In this document: positions 35,054 through 44,547 of the stretch, one piece after another
How positions within the stretch are numbered: the stretch's first letter is position 1
Layout: each line of letters starts with the position of its first letter
Source: Vicinamibacterales bacterium
GTDB taxonomy: Bacteria > Acidobacteriota > Vicinamibacteria > Vicinamibacterales > UBA2999
Length of the DNA: 64,000 bases
Direction of reading: 5' to 3'
Assembly (NCBI GenBank): GCA_044347565.1
Contig: JBIKUN010000001.1
Coordinates: 22,302-86,301 of the forward strand
Made by a program: the position numbers and the translations under genes
Notes under the pieces: generated by a model
Databases searched by the model: none
Told to the model about the DNA's origin: nothing
The model's input: the letters and a program-made list of their open reading frames with translations, nothing else

Positions 35054-35144
35054 CCGCAGCCCCGTGAGGCGACGCGGCGGTGTCCGGCGCGCCACGCGGT
35101 TCGGGACTGCCGGGCCAACCCGCTCCTGAGCTATCCTCACGGGC

Positions 35145-36170
35145 ATGCGCCGAGTCCCTGCCGCTGCCCTGCTGGTCGCCTGCAGCCTCCTTGTCGTCGG
35201 CTCACCGTCCCGCCCCGCGGCAGCGACGGCGGCCCAGAACACCATCAAGCTCGACAGTTATGCCGAGTGGCGCAATCGCGACCTCGTCGTCGTCGACGGC
35301 CAGCGCGTCTACGTGGACGAGGCGACGGTCTGGAAGCGCGGCCCGCGAGCCCTCGCCGACATCCCGCTGGGACACGAGGTGCGGGTGACCGGCATCCGCC
35401 AGAGCGACGGCCGCATTCTGGCCACGGAGATCGACGTGCGGCCCAATGGCGCCAACGCGCTCTTCGAGGGGGACATTCTCACCGGCACCACGCAGCTCGA
35501 GGACGCCTGGCGGGAGCGGCGCACGGCGTTCGAGCCCACCGAAGGCGACAAGGTCCACGTCATCGGCAAGGTGCTTGAGGACGGCCCGCTGGTCGCCCGG
35601 GTGCAGCGCCTGGTCACGCGCCTGACCCCGCCCTATGTCGACCGGTCGCGCCTGCGCGTCTACGTCATCGATAACGACAACTGGAACGCGATGGCGATGG
35701 GTAACGGCGCCATCTGGGTGTTCTCGGGCATCATGCGCGACATGTCGGACGAGGAACTGGCGATCGTCGTCGGCCACGAGCTGGCGCACTTCACGCACGA
35801 GCACTCGCGGCGCCAGGCGCGACGCGGCATCTGGACGCAGCTCGGGGCGCTGGCGGCGGTACTGACGGCCGAGGCGGTCGACAACGATATCCTCAAGCAG
35901 AGCATCGTCATCGGTGCCGGGCTGGCTCTGTCGGCGATCAACGCCGGCTACGGACGCGACCTCGAGGATCAGGCCGACCGCGTCGGGCTCCGCTACGCCT
36001 ACGAGGCGGGCTTCAACGTCCAGCGGGCGCCGCTCGTCTGGCAGCGGTTCCTCGAGAAGTACGGCGAGGAGAACCGTCTGGTGAACTTCTTCTTCTCCGA
36101 CCACTCCCAGTCGGGAGCCCGGCGCCGCAACCTCGAACGCGAGCTGGTCTGGAACTACCCGCGGCGTTGA
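35145..36170 (+). CDS. M48-family zinc metallopeptidase (secreted or lipoprotein)
   Basis: Signal peptide, NAMAMGNGAIWVFSG, and an intact HELAHFTHEH motif. Confidence 0.85.
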   Translation: MRRVPAAALLVACSLLVVGSPSRPAAATAAQNTIKLDSYAEWRNRDLVVVDGQRVYVDEATVWKRGPRALADIPLGHEVRVTGIRQSDGRILATEIDVRPNGANALFEGDILTGTTQLEDAWRERRTAFEPTEGDKVHVIGKVLEDGPLVARVQRLVTRLTPPYVDRSRLRVYVIDNDNWNAMAMGNGAIWVFSGIMRDMSDEELAIVVGHELAHFTHEHSRRQARRGIWTQLGALAAVLTAEAVDNDILKQSIVIGAGLALSAINAGYGRDLEDQADRVGLRYAYEAGFNVQRAPLVWQRFLEKYGEENRLVNFFFSDHSQSGARRRNLERELVWNYPRR

Positions 36171-36239
36171 CGCGCGCACGCCACGACGACGGCACGAGCG
36201 CCGCTACGGCCAGGCGGGCGCGAGGCGCCGCCACTCACG

Positions 36240-37139
36240 TTACTGCTTCATGAGGTAGCCGTGGCACTCGTGCCCGGCGACGAGCGGAATCACGCGCTCG
36301 GGCTTGTCGGCCAGGAACTCGTCGCAGGCCTGCTTCACGCCGGGAAAGAGGCTCCAGCGCGAGGGCAGGGCCTCGGGGTCGTGATAGTCGTCGAGCACCA
36401 CCACCGAGCCCGGCGAGAGACGCGGGTAGACCTCGCGGAGCCCCGTCATCGTCGACGAATACAGGTCGCCGTCAAGGTGCGCGAAGGCGACCTTCTCTGG
36501 CAGGCCCGACGGCAGCGTGTCGTCGAACCAGCCTTTGTGGATCTCGGGCACGCGAACAGCGAAGCGCGCGAACGTGCGGCGGACGCTCTCTTCCGACACC
36601 GCCAGTGCCCCGGCGGCCGTGGCCGGCGAGCCGTCGCGGAAGTCTTCGGTGGTGGACGGCGGCAGGCCGGCGAACGAGTCGAAGACGTGCAGGCGCTTGT
36701 CGCTGCCCTGCTCGTCGAGCGTCTTCTGCAGCAGCACAGCCGTGAGCCCTTCGTGGCAGCCGAGCTCGACTACGTCGCCGGGCACCCTGGCGACCACGGT
36801 CGAGCGCAGCAGGTGATACAGATTGCTCGCCTGCTCGCGGCTCGTCATGTAGCCGCGCAGCATGTTCTCTTTCGCCCAGAACGGGTAGCTGTCCTTCACA
36901 CCGAAGTCGGCGTTCAGTGCGTCGAAGGCGAACGACAGCTTGACGATCGGGTTGGACGCGTTGAACGACTTCATGCGTTCCGCGAGCTTCGCCAGGTCGT
37001 CGCGCGACATCCCCTGCAACTGCGCGAACCACACGTCGTCGATGGCGATCTCGCGCCGGCCCATCCGCTTGAGCGCCGCCGAGAAGTCCCGCCAGTAGTC
37101 GGCTGCGCCCTCGTGGGCCAGCTCCAGAATGAAACGCAC
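36240..37139 (-). CDS. TylF/MycF-type class I SAM-dependent methyltransferase
   Basis: GDVVELGCHEGLTAVLL, HVFDSFAGLP, AFAHLDGDLYSSTMTGL, VVVLDDYHD. The GTG start at 37139 is preceded by GGGAGA. Confidence 0.8.
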   Translation of the reverse strand: MRFILELAHEGAADYWRDFSAALKRMGRREIAIDDVWFAQLQGMSRDDLAKLAERMKSFNASNPIVKLSFAFDALNADFGVKDSYPFWAKENMLRGYMTSREQASNLYHLLRSTVVARVPGDVVELGCHEGLTAVLLQKTLDEQGSDKRLHVFDSFAGLPPSTTEDFRDGSPATAAGALAVSEESVRRTFARFAVRVPEIHKGWFDDTLPSGLPEKVAFAHLDGDLYSSTMTGLREVYPRLSPGSVVVLDDYHDPEALPSRWSLFPGVKQACDEFLADKPERVIPLVAGHECHGYLMKQ

Positions 37140-37372
37140 GTGGAATCTCCCTGTCAGGGCCGCCGGGCGCCGTTTCGACGGCTGGGCCGGCACGCCATGG
37201 CGCGGGGCGGACCGGCCGCCGGCGCCGGGAACGTCTTCGTGCGCCTGCACCCCGGTCCGTCCGACGACGTTACGGACGTAGACGGTGCCCGGCGTCGGGC
37301 CCGCGCGACGCAACGGCTCGGTAGACGAAATCCACCGCCCCTGCCCTCGCTCTGAGACCGGGTGCCCGGTCC

Positions 37373-37831
37373 TTACCTGTTGTAGCCACCCAGATAGATC
37401 CGCGCGACCTCCGAGAGCCGGAAGCGGCGCTCGCCGCCAGCCTGGAAGCTCACCACGCGCGGCTCGTTCTCCTTGGCCGATCCCTGGCCGCCCTCGATGT
37501 TGATCAGGCGTCCGCGCAGTACTTCGCCACCGCGCGTCACGAGGACATGGTCACCGCCGCGCGCCTGCTGCACTTCACCGGCGGGCAGGTTCTCGGCATT
37601 GCCGCCGACGTCAATCAACTGCACGTCGGCCATCGGGAACCTCTGCTGGTCGTTCTGGGTAACACGCACGTACACGGTGTCAGTCGCGCGAGTCCAGTCC
37701 TCGAAGCGGCCGGCGATCTTCTGGTTGCCGCGCCGGACGATGGTGACCTGTTCCTGCGCCTGGGCAACGATGGGGGCGAGGACGAGGAAGCCGCACACGA
37801 GGAGGGAAGCACGGAGAATGAGCTTGGTCAT
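37373..37831 (-). CDS. secreted hypothetical protein with an internal duplication
   Basis: MTKLILRASLLVCGFLVLAPIVAQAQ (signal peptide). Two similar halves are visible: VTIVRRGNQKIAGRFEDW..RFPMADVQLIDVGG and VLVTRGGEVLRGRLINI..RFRLSEVARIYLGG. Confidence 0.65.
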   Translation of the reverse strand: MTKLILRASLLVCGFLVLAPIVAQAQEQVTIVRRGNQKIAGRFEDWTRATDTVYVRVTQNDQQRFPMADVQLIDVGGNAENLPAGEVQQARGGDHVLVTRGGEVLRGRLINIEGGQGSAKENEPRVVSFQAGGERRFRLSEVARIYLGGYNR

Positions 37832-37902
37832 CGGACTTGTGTATCTCAACAGCCGTGTCCGGCGCAATGAGCTGGCCCCGGTTCCATGGAACCTGACGCG
37901 CC

Positions 37903-38364
37903 CTAGCGCGTCAGGACCTCGCTGCCGCTGACCGGCATGCCGCAGACGGTGCCGGTGTAGGTCATGCGCGCCGACGAGCCGTTCACGGGAGTGGCGGTGC
38001 CACGGAGCGTGAAGCCGCACGGACCGGCCGAGCCTGCCGTGTTCCAGGTCATCGTGTTCCCCGAGGCCACACCCTCGCCGGTGCCCCGGATGGAGGTGCC
38101 CATGCAGGTGGCGCCGTAGGTCACGGTCGCGCGGTCGGTGCCGACCGGGGTCACGGTGTACTGTGTGTTGCTGCACACGCCCGAAACGGCCGCACCGCCG
38201 TGGCTCGATGGCGACGAGGCCCAGGTGCCGCTGAGAGCGGTCATGGCTGAGTTAGCGGCTGAATCCGACGCCGACGGTGACGTGGGCGATGCCATCGGCG
38301 AGCCGCTGCACGCCGACGCGAAGACCGAGGCGAACGCGAGAGTTCCGAGGGCACCGAGACGCAT
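37903..38364 (-). CDS. hypothetical lipoprotein
   Basis: MRLGALGTLAFASVFASAC (lipobox-like), followed by a Ser/Thr/Gly-rich mature part with 5 Cys. Confidence 0.6.
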   Translation of the reverse strand: MRLGALGTLAFASVFASACSGSPMASPTSPSASDSAANSAMTALSGTWASSPSSHGGAAVSGVCSNTQYTVTPVGTDRATVTYGATCMGTSIRGTGEGVASGNTMTWNTAGSAGPCGFTLRGTATPVNGSSARMTYTGTVCGMPVSGSEVLTR

Positions 38365-38423
38365 GGCCCGAGAGTCTATGCCAGATGCGCGGCCCTCGCC
38401 AATGCCGCCGGGCAGACGCCAGG

Positions 38424-38996
38424 TTACCGTTCGAGGAAGAGCGTGAGCACGTGGTCCACGTGGCGCCCCCTGGCGACGTCGGCGCCCAATTCCGACGCCA
38501 GGGGCCCGTCGAGCAACAGGGTCGAGAGCCCGTGGACGAGCGACCAGTGCATGGACACCAGCGCGTCCTTCCGCGACCGGCTGGCGCGAGGCCCGGCGAT
38601 CTCGCCCACCAGCCGATCGAGGACGGCGAACGCCCGCCCGCCCGCGGCATGGGCCGCAGGAAATCGTGCGGGATCCGAGAGTTCCGGGCGGAACATGAGC
38701 CGAAAATGCACCGGCTGCTCGAGCGCGAAGTCAACGTAGGCGCGCCCCACCCGCCGCATCCGCTGGTCGGGAGGCCCCGTGCGCTCTGCCGCCTCCATGC
38801 GACTTGCCAGCATGGTGAAGCCGTGCTCGACCAGCGCCGCGACGATCGCCGCCTTGTCCGCGAAATGGTGGTACGGCGCCTGGTGGCTCACGCCGGCACG
38901 CCGCGCGACCTCCCGCATGGACAGGCCGGCCAGCCCGACGTCGTGGATCAACTGCACGCTGGCGTCGAGCACGCGCTGCTTGAGGTCTGCGGTCAT
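38424..38996 (-). CDS. TetR-family transcriptional regulator
   Basis: GLAGLSMREVARRAGVSHQAPYHHFADKAAIV (HTH region). Confidence 0.88.
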   Translation of the reverse strand: MTADLKQRVLDASVQLIHDVGLAGLSMREVARRAGVSHQAPYHHFADKAAIVAALVEHGFTMLASRMEAAERTGPPDQRMRRVGRAYVDFALEQPVHFRLMFRPELSDPARFPAAHAAGGRAFAVLDRLVGEIAGPRASRSRKDALVSMHWSLVHGLSTLLLDGPLASELGADVARGRHVDHVLTLFLER

Positions 38997-39017
38997 GCCG
39001 CACGATGACGCGTGGGC

Positions 39018-39066
39018 TTGACATTGTCAACCCCACGCGATAGACATTGTCAGGTGACGTTGTCAA
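39018..39066. promoter_or_regulatory. three tandem operator-like sites (TTGACAtTGTCAA, aGACAtTGTCag, gTGACGtTGTCAa)
   Basis: Read directly between the tetR start (38996) and the DUF2147 gene (39105). The first copy is a perfect 13-bp palindrome. Confidence 0.6.
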
Positions 39067-39104
39067 GTTGCCGTGCTTCCCGGCCCCCATTCGAGGTTCT
39101 CGCG

Positions 39105-39542
39105 ATGCGCATTGCCTGCCTGCTCCTGCTCGCCGCCGCCGTCCCCACCCCGCTGAACGCTCAGGCCGCCTCTACCCCCGTCGGCACGTGGCACACCTAC
39201 GACGATACGACCGGCAAGCCGCGCGGCGTCGTCGAGATCGTCGAGCGCAACGGCGTCCTCACCGGCATCATCCGTGGCACCCTCGTCGCGGGCGAGCCCG
39301 AACGCCTCTGCGACAAGTGCCCCGGGGACCGCCGGAACCAGCCCCTCACCGGGCTCGAGATGATCCGCAACGTCCGCCGCGACGGCGACACATGGGGCGG
39401 GGGCGAACTGCTCGACCCCGATAACGGCAAGACCTACCGCGTCAAGCTCACGCCGGAGCCGGACGGCCGGACCCTGCAGGTACGCGCCTATCTCGGCATT
39501 GCGCTGCTCGGCCGTACCCAGACCTGGCGGCGTGCGCGATGA
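39105..39542 (+). CDS. DUF2147 domain secreted protein
   Basis: Signal peptide, GTWHTYDDTTGKPRGVVEI, CDKCPGDRRNQPLTGLEMI, LLDPDNGKTYRVKL, LGRTQTW. Confidence 0.8.
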   Translation: MRIACLLLLAAAVPTPLNAQAASTPVGTWHTYDDTTGKPRGVVEIVERNGVLTGIIRGTLVAGEPERLCDKCPGDRRNQPLTGLEMIRNVRRDGDTWGGGELLDPDNGKTYRVKLTPEPDGRTLQVRAYLGIALLGRTQTWRRAR

Positions 39543-40345
39543 CCCCCCGCCTCCCCCGCCATCGCATCGCTCTGCTCACCGGCGCATCGTCCGGCATCGG
39601 CGAAGCCCTCGCCGCCGCGCTCGCGGCGCAGGGGACGCATGTACTCCTCGCCGCGCGTTCGGTGCCGCGCCTCGAGGCCCTCCGCGCGCGGATCGAGACG
39701 ACGGGCGGCCGCGCCACGGTGGTCCCGGCCGACCTCGCGGCCCCCGGGGCGGCCCGGCGCCTCTACCTCGACGTCGAGCGCCTCGCCCTGCCAGTGGATC
39801 TGCTGGTCAACAATGCAGGCGTCGGCTTTCACGGGGGCTTCGAGACCGAGGCCCCGGACCAGCTCGACGACATGCTGCAGGTGAATGTCGTCGCGCTCAC
39901 GGCACTCACCCGCCAGTTCGTCCCAGGCCTGCTCGCACGGCAGGGGACGGTGCTCAACATCGCGTCGACGGCCGCCTTTCAGCCTGCCCCGTTCATGGCG
40001 GCCTACGGCGCGACCAAGGCGTACGTGCTGTCGCTCTCGGAGGCACTCTGGGCGGAGTATCGCGGGCGTGGACTGCACGTGGTGGCGCTCTGCCCGGGCC
40101 CCGTCGAGACCCCGTTCCTCGACGCCGCGGGACGCGGCGTCCGCTCGTCCGCGCTCTTCCGTCGGCTGCTCACCGTCGGCGACGTGGTCGACGCGGCGAT
40201 GGCCGCGCTCGAGGCGCGCAGCCCCACGCGGATCGTCGGCCGGCTGAACCAGCTCATGGCCCAGTCGGCCCGCCTCTCGCCCCGGGCGCTCTCGGCCCGC
40301 ATCAGCGCGGCGCTGCTCGCCCCCGCCGGCGCGAGCAACTCCTGA
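39539..40345 (+). CDS. SDR-family oxidoreductase (canonical motifs)
   Basis: ALLTGASSGIGEALA, NNAG, YGATKAY. The ATGA start/stop overlaps the upstream gene. Confidence 0.88.
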   Translation: MTPRLPRHRIALLTGASSGIGEALAAALAAQGTHVLLAARSVPRLEALRARIETTGGRATVVPADLAAPGAARRLYLDVERLALPVDLLVNNAGVGFHGGFETEAPDQLDDMLQVNVVALTALTRQFVPGLLARQGTVLNIASTAAFQPAPFMAAYGATKAYVLSLSEALWAEYRGRGLHVVALCPGPVETPFLDAAGRGVRSSALFRRLLTVGDVVDAAMAALEARSPTRIVGRLNQLMAQSARLSPRALSARISAALLAPAGASNS

Positions 40346-40471
40346 GGCGAACTCTGGTTCGCAGCAGATGCAGTAGTGTCGCCAGTGCCCCCGCATGGAG
40401 CACGGCCTGACACCCGCAACGCAGGTCCGCCCCCCGGCTGACCGGGCCGGCCTCATGCTGTACACAGAGCC

Positions 40472-41689
40472 ATGGACCACCCACACCTGCCCTCGCCGAT
40501 CTGGACCCCGACCCGGGCCGCGGGCCGCGCCCGGCTCGAAGCCTTCCTGCCGCATGCCGGACGCAGCTACGAGCGCGACCGCAACGTCGACCGCGGACCC
40601 GCCGACCGCTCCAACGTCTCGGGACTGTCGCCCTGGCTCCGCCGTCGCATGATCACCGAGACCGAGGTCATCGAGGCCGTGCTCGCACACCATCCCTTCG
40701 AGGCTGCGCGGACATTCATCCAGGAGGTCTTCTGGCGCACCTACTGGAAAGGCTGGCTTGAGCAGCGCCCGGATGTCCTGCGCCGCTTCGACGTCGAACG
40801 CACGCAAGCCGCCGCGCAGGCCACAGCGAATCCGGATCTGCGCGCGCGCCTCGACACCGCCACCGCGGGCCAGACCGGCATCAAGGCCTTCGATGCCTGG
40901 GTGGACGAACTCGTGACCACCGGCTGGCTCCACAACCATGCACGCATGTGGTTCGCCTCGATCTGGATCTTCACCCTGAAGCTGCCGTGGCAACTGGGCG
41001 CCGCCTTCATGTTCAGCCACCTGCTCGATGCAGACCCGGCGTCGAACACGTTGTCCTGGCGCTGGGTCGCCGGCCTTCACACGCGCGGCAAGCACTACCT
41101 CGCGCGCGCCGACAACATCCGCGACAACACGCTCGGACGCTTCAATCCCGCAGGCCAGCTGGACGAGCAGGCCGTGCCCTTGCCGGCGGACGGGCCGCCG
41201 TCCGCGCTCCGCCCGCTACCTCCGGCAGGCCGCCTCTCCACGCACCGCGTGGGCCTCATCCTGCACGAGGATGACCTTCACCCCGAAAGCCTTCCGCTCG
41301 GGGCCGGCATCGCCGCTGTCGCCCTGCTCACGCTCCCGCCCATGGCCCACCCCGAAGGCCCCGTGGCGCGCTTTGCGCGTGGCGCCGGGGATGACGCGCT
41401 CGACCGCGCGGCCAGGGTCTTCAGCGTGCCCGCCGAGCCCATCGCCCCCACACGCATCCGGGAATGGGCGCGGTCCATCGGCGTGAGCGAGGTCGCTGCC
41501 GCCTTTGCGCCGGTCGGCCGTGCAGCCGCCGCACTGGGGCAGGCAGGCGTCGCGCTCGAACGCGAGGGCATTCGCCTGGTGCAGCTGCGCCGCGACTTCG
41601 ATCAGCAGGCCTGGCCTCACGCAACGGCAGGCTTCTTCCGCTTTCGCGAGCAGATCCCCCGGCTTGTGGCAGGACTTTCCGGAACATGA
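40472..41689 (+). CDS. second inverted-topology photolyase/cryptochrome-family protein (paralogue of 10973..12235)
   Basis: FIQEVFWRTYWKGWLEQRPDV, WVDELVTTGWLHNHARMWFASIWIFTLKLPWQLGAAFMFSHLLDADPASNTLSWRWVAGLHTRGKHYLARADNI, plus a C-terminal extension. Confidence 0.8.
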   Translation: MDHPHLPSPIWTPTRAAGRARLEAFLPHAGRSYERDRNVDRGPADRSNVSGLSPWLRRRMITETEVIEAVLAHHPFEAARTFIQEVFWRTYWKGWLEQRPDVLRRFDVERTQAAAQATANPDLRARLDTATAGQTGIKAFDAWVDELVTTGWLHNHARMWFASIWIFTLKLPWQLGAAFMFSHLLDADPASNTLSWRWVAGLHTRGKHYLARADNIRDNTLGRFNPAGQLDEQAVPLPADGPPSALRPLPPAGRLSTHRVGLILHEDDLHPESLPLGAGIAAVALLTLPPMAHPEGPVARFARGAGDDALDRAARVFSVPAEPIAPTRIREWARSIGVSEVAAAFAPVGRAAAALGQAGVALEREGIRLVQLRRDFDQQAWPHATAGFFRFREQIPRLVAGLSGT

Positions 41690-41999
41690 TCGACGTCGTC
41701 CTGATGCACGCGTGACCTGACGGTCGACGACCACGCCGTCCTCGCTCACGCACCTGAGTCGTTTGCCTCCCCCCCGACACGAAGACACAGGAAGTCGATC
41801 CGGCCCCTGTGTTTGCGCTCCAGACTGCAGCCGCTTCAGCCGCGCGGCCCCGGCGTCGTGGCCCTCACGGCGTCGCCACAGCACGCACGACCAGCCGGCG
41901 CCGCGGCGCGTACGAGTGGACTCGCCTCGACAGTTTGGGCGGGGCGCCTGACACGGTCTTGACCGACCTGGCTGGTCGGATATACCTTCGCTCTTGCAA

Positions 42000-42016
42000 A
42001 TGAGACTCAGTCTCAT
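42000..42016. promoter_or_regulatory. 17-bp palindrome ATGAGACTcAGTCTCAT, 16 nt upstream of the TonB receptor start
   Basis: Read directly. It sits in a locally AT-rich patch, preceded by TTGCAA (41994-41999) and followed by GGAG and ATG(42032). Confidence 0.55.
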
Positions 42017-42031
42017 CTGTGGAGCAATCAA

Positions 42032-44431
42032 ATGATTCATGTGGGTGTGCGCGTTGCGGCCCTGGTCGTCGTTCTGGGTGCGCTTCCGGGTGCGTCGCCT
42101 GCGTCGGGGCAGGCGACGCACGGGTCGATTACGGGTACCGTCACGGATGACAGCGGTGCGGTCGTCGCAGGAGCGTCGGTCACCGCTCGCCGCGCCGCAA
42201 CAGGCGTGGAGTCTCGCGTCGAGACGAGTGGCACTGGCGCCTTCTCTGTTGCGGACCTGCCGCCGGGCGACTACGAGATCCGGGTCGCCGGTCAGGGGTT
42301 CTCCCTCACCGTGCTGCGACTGATGCTGCAGCCTGGCGAGACGCGATCCCTGCCGCTGCGCCTCCGCGTCGGCGGACTGACCGAGGACGTCGTCGTGGTC
42401 GCCGGCGAGATGGCCGGCAGCCACGCACGTCTTCGCCGCCTGCCGGGGGCGGTGGACGTCGTCTCCAGGGAGACACTCGAGCGCAGCCGTGTGATGACGA
42501 CCAACGAGGCGCTGCGCAAGGTGCCCGGTCTGCACGTGCGCGACGAAGAGGGGTTCGGGCTGCGACCCAACATCGGGATCCGCGGCGTCAACCCGACGCG
42601 TTCCAGCAAGGTGCTGCTGCTCGAAGATGGCATCCCGCTGGCCTATGCCGTCTACGGCGACAACGCCAGCTACTACCACCCGCCGGTGGACCGTTTCGAG
42701 CGCATCGAGGTGCTGAAGGGCGGCGCCCAGATCGCGCACGGGCCCCAGACGATTGGGGGCGCGGTCAACTATGTCACCCCGAAACCGCCAGCCATGCCCG
42801 GCGGCTCGCTGGCCCTCGCCGGCGGCAACCGTGACTACGTCAACGGTCACGGCACGGCCGGCACCACGGTGGGCCGCACCGGCCTCCTCGTCGACTACAT
42901 GCGCAAGCAGGGCGACGGGGCGCGCGACCACCACGACTTCGTTCTGAACGACATCACCGTGAAGCTCGTGCAGGGCGTGGGGGACAACCAGCAGTGGACG
43001 TTCCGCGGCAACTACTACGGCGAAGATTCGACGGTCACCTACTCAGGGCTGCGTCAGGACGAGTATGCCGCCACCCCCAGGGGCAACCCGTTCAAGAACG
43101 ACGTCTTCCAGGCCGATCGCATCGGCGCGTCGGCCACCCAGGCGCTGGCCGTGAACGGCCACGTCGCGCTGACCACGAATCTCTACTGGAGCACGTTCGG
43201 TCGCGACTGGTGGCGGCAGTCGAGCAACTCGGCGCAGCGGCCCAATGACGCCTCCGATCCGTTGTGCGCCGGCATGGCGAACCTCGACACGACGTGCGGC
43301 AACGAGGGGCGCCTGCGCCAGTACCACGCCTGGGGCGTGGAGCCGCGGGTGCAGGTCTTCCATCGTGTGTTCGGCGTCACGAGCGAGACGGCGTTCGGGG
43401 TGCGGGCGCATTTCGAGCATCAGGACCGCCGGCAGGAAAACGGCAGCTCGCCGGCCGCCCGCAACGGGGCGGTGGTCGAGGACAACGTGCGCACCAACCA
43501 GGCCTTCTCGGGCTTCCTCGAGAACCGCTTCCTGCTGGGCGGCTGGACGGTCACACCAGGTGTCCGGCTCGAGCACGTGAGCTTCGAACGCACCAACCGC
43601 CTCGCCAACACGGGCCTCGGGGTGACGGGCGACACGAGCCTCACACGTGTCATTCCCGGCCTCGGCGTCTCGCACACGGCGGGGGAACGGGTCACGCTGT
43701 TCGCCGGTGCCCACCGGGGGTTTGCCCCGCCGCGCACCGAAGATGTCATCGCCAACACGGGCGGCGTGATCGATCTGGATCCCGAGCTCAGCTGGAACTA
43801 CGAGGCGGGCGTGCGGAGCACGATGCGGCCGGGCCTCAGCCTCGACGCCACGCTCTTCCGAATGGACTACGAGAACCAGCTGGTGCCCGCGAGCCTGGCG
43901 GGCGGCGTCGGCGCGACGCTCACCAACGGCGGATCAACCCTGCACCAGGGCCTCGAGCTGCGGGCACAGGTCGATACCGCGCCGATGACCGGGTCGATCC
44001 ACGATCTCTATGCGCGGGCGGCCTATACCTACCTGCCGACGGCGAAGTTCACCGGCGCACGATTCAGCAGCATCTCGGGGTTCGCCACCACCAGCGTGAG
44101 CGGGAACCGGCTGCCCTACGCGCCGGAGCAGATGGCCGCCATCACCCTCGGGTACGCGGTGAACAGCGTCGATGTGTCACTGGAGGCGGTTCGCACCGGG
44201 GCCCAGTTCGGCGATGACCTCAACACCGTGGTGCCCACGCCGGATGGCCAGCGGGGATTGCTGCCGGCCAACACCGTGTGGAACGTCGCGGTGAACTACA
44301 CCATGGCGCGCAGCACGTTCTTCCTGGCCGTGAAGAACGCCTCGGACACCCTCTACATCGTGGACCGCACGCGCGGCATTCTGCCGGGCATGCCCCGCCT
44401 GGTGCAGGCTGGTGTCAGAGTGCGGTTCTGA
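42032..44431 (+). CDS. TonB-dependent receptor with an N-terminal carboxypeptidase-regulatory-like domain
   Basis: Signal peptide, then GSITGTVTDDSGAVVAGASVTA..TGAFSVADLPPGDYEIRV. Plug strings EALRKVPGLHVRDEEGFGLRPNIGIRG and LLLEDGIPL. It ends ...GVRVRF. Confidence 0.9.
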   Translation: MIHVGVRVAALVVVLGALPGASPASGQATHGSITGTVTDDSGAVVAGASVTARRAATGVESRVETSGTGAFSVADLPPGDYEIRVAGQGFSLTVLRLMLQPGETRSLPLRLRVGGLTEDVVVVAGEMAGSHARLRRLPGAVDVVSRETLERSRVMTTNEALRKVPGLHVRDEEGFGLRPNIGIRGVNPTRSSKVLLLEDGIPLAYAVYGDNASYYHPPVDRFERIEVLKGGAQIAHGPQTIGGAVNYVTPKPPAMPGGSLALAGGNRDYVNGHGTAGTTVGRTGLLVDYMRKQGDGARDHHDFVLNDITVKLVQGVGDNQQWTFRGNYYGEDSTVTYSGLRQDEYAATPRGNPFKNDVFQADRIGASATQALAVNGHVALTTNLYWSTFGRDWWRQSSNSAQRPNDASDPLCAGMANLDTTCGNEGRLRQYHAWGVEPRVQVFHRVFGVTSETAFGVRAHFEHQDRRQENGSSPAARNGAVVEDNVRTNQAFSGFLENRFLLGGWTVTPGVRLEHVSFERTNRLANTGLGVTGDTSLTRVIPGLGVSHTAGERVTLFAGAHRGFAPPRTEDVIANTGGVIDLDPELSWNYEAGVRSTMRPGLSLDATLFRMDYENQLVPASLAGGVGATLTNGGSTLHQGLELRAQVDTAPMTGSIHDLYARAAYTYLPTAKFTGARFSSISGFATTSVSGNRLPYAPEQMAAITLGYAVNSVDVSLEAVRTGAQFGDDLNTVVPTPDGQRGLLPANTVWNVAVNYTMARSTFFLAVKNASDTLYIVDRTRGILPGMPRLVQAGVRVRF

Positions 44432-44547
44432 GGAGGCGCAACGACGTGGGCAGACGGAGGACCGTCGCACGTGCGGTGCCTGGTGTCGTGCTGCCACCGC
44501 CAGTGCCAGGCATCACGCCGGATCAGGTGGGGATTCCGACAGGCAGG

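Noticed and set aside
39488-41095. 535-aa minus ORF across the SDR and photolyase-like genes
   Set aside because: It is an antisense shadow. Both plus-strand genes carry strong family motifs.
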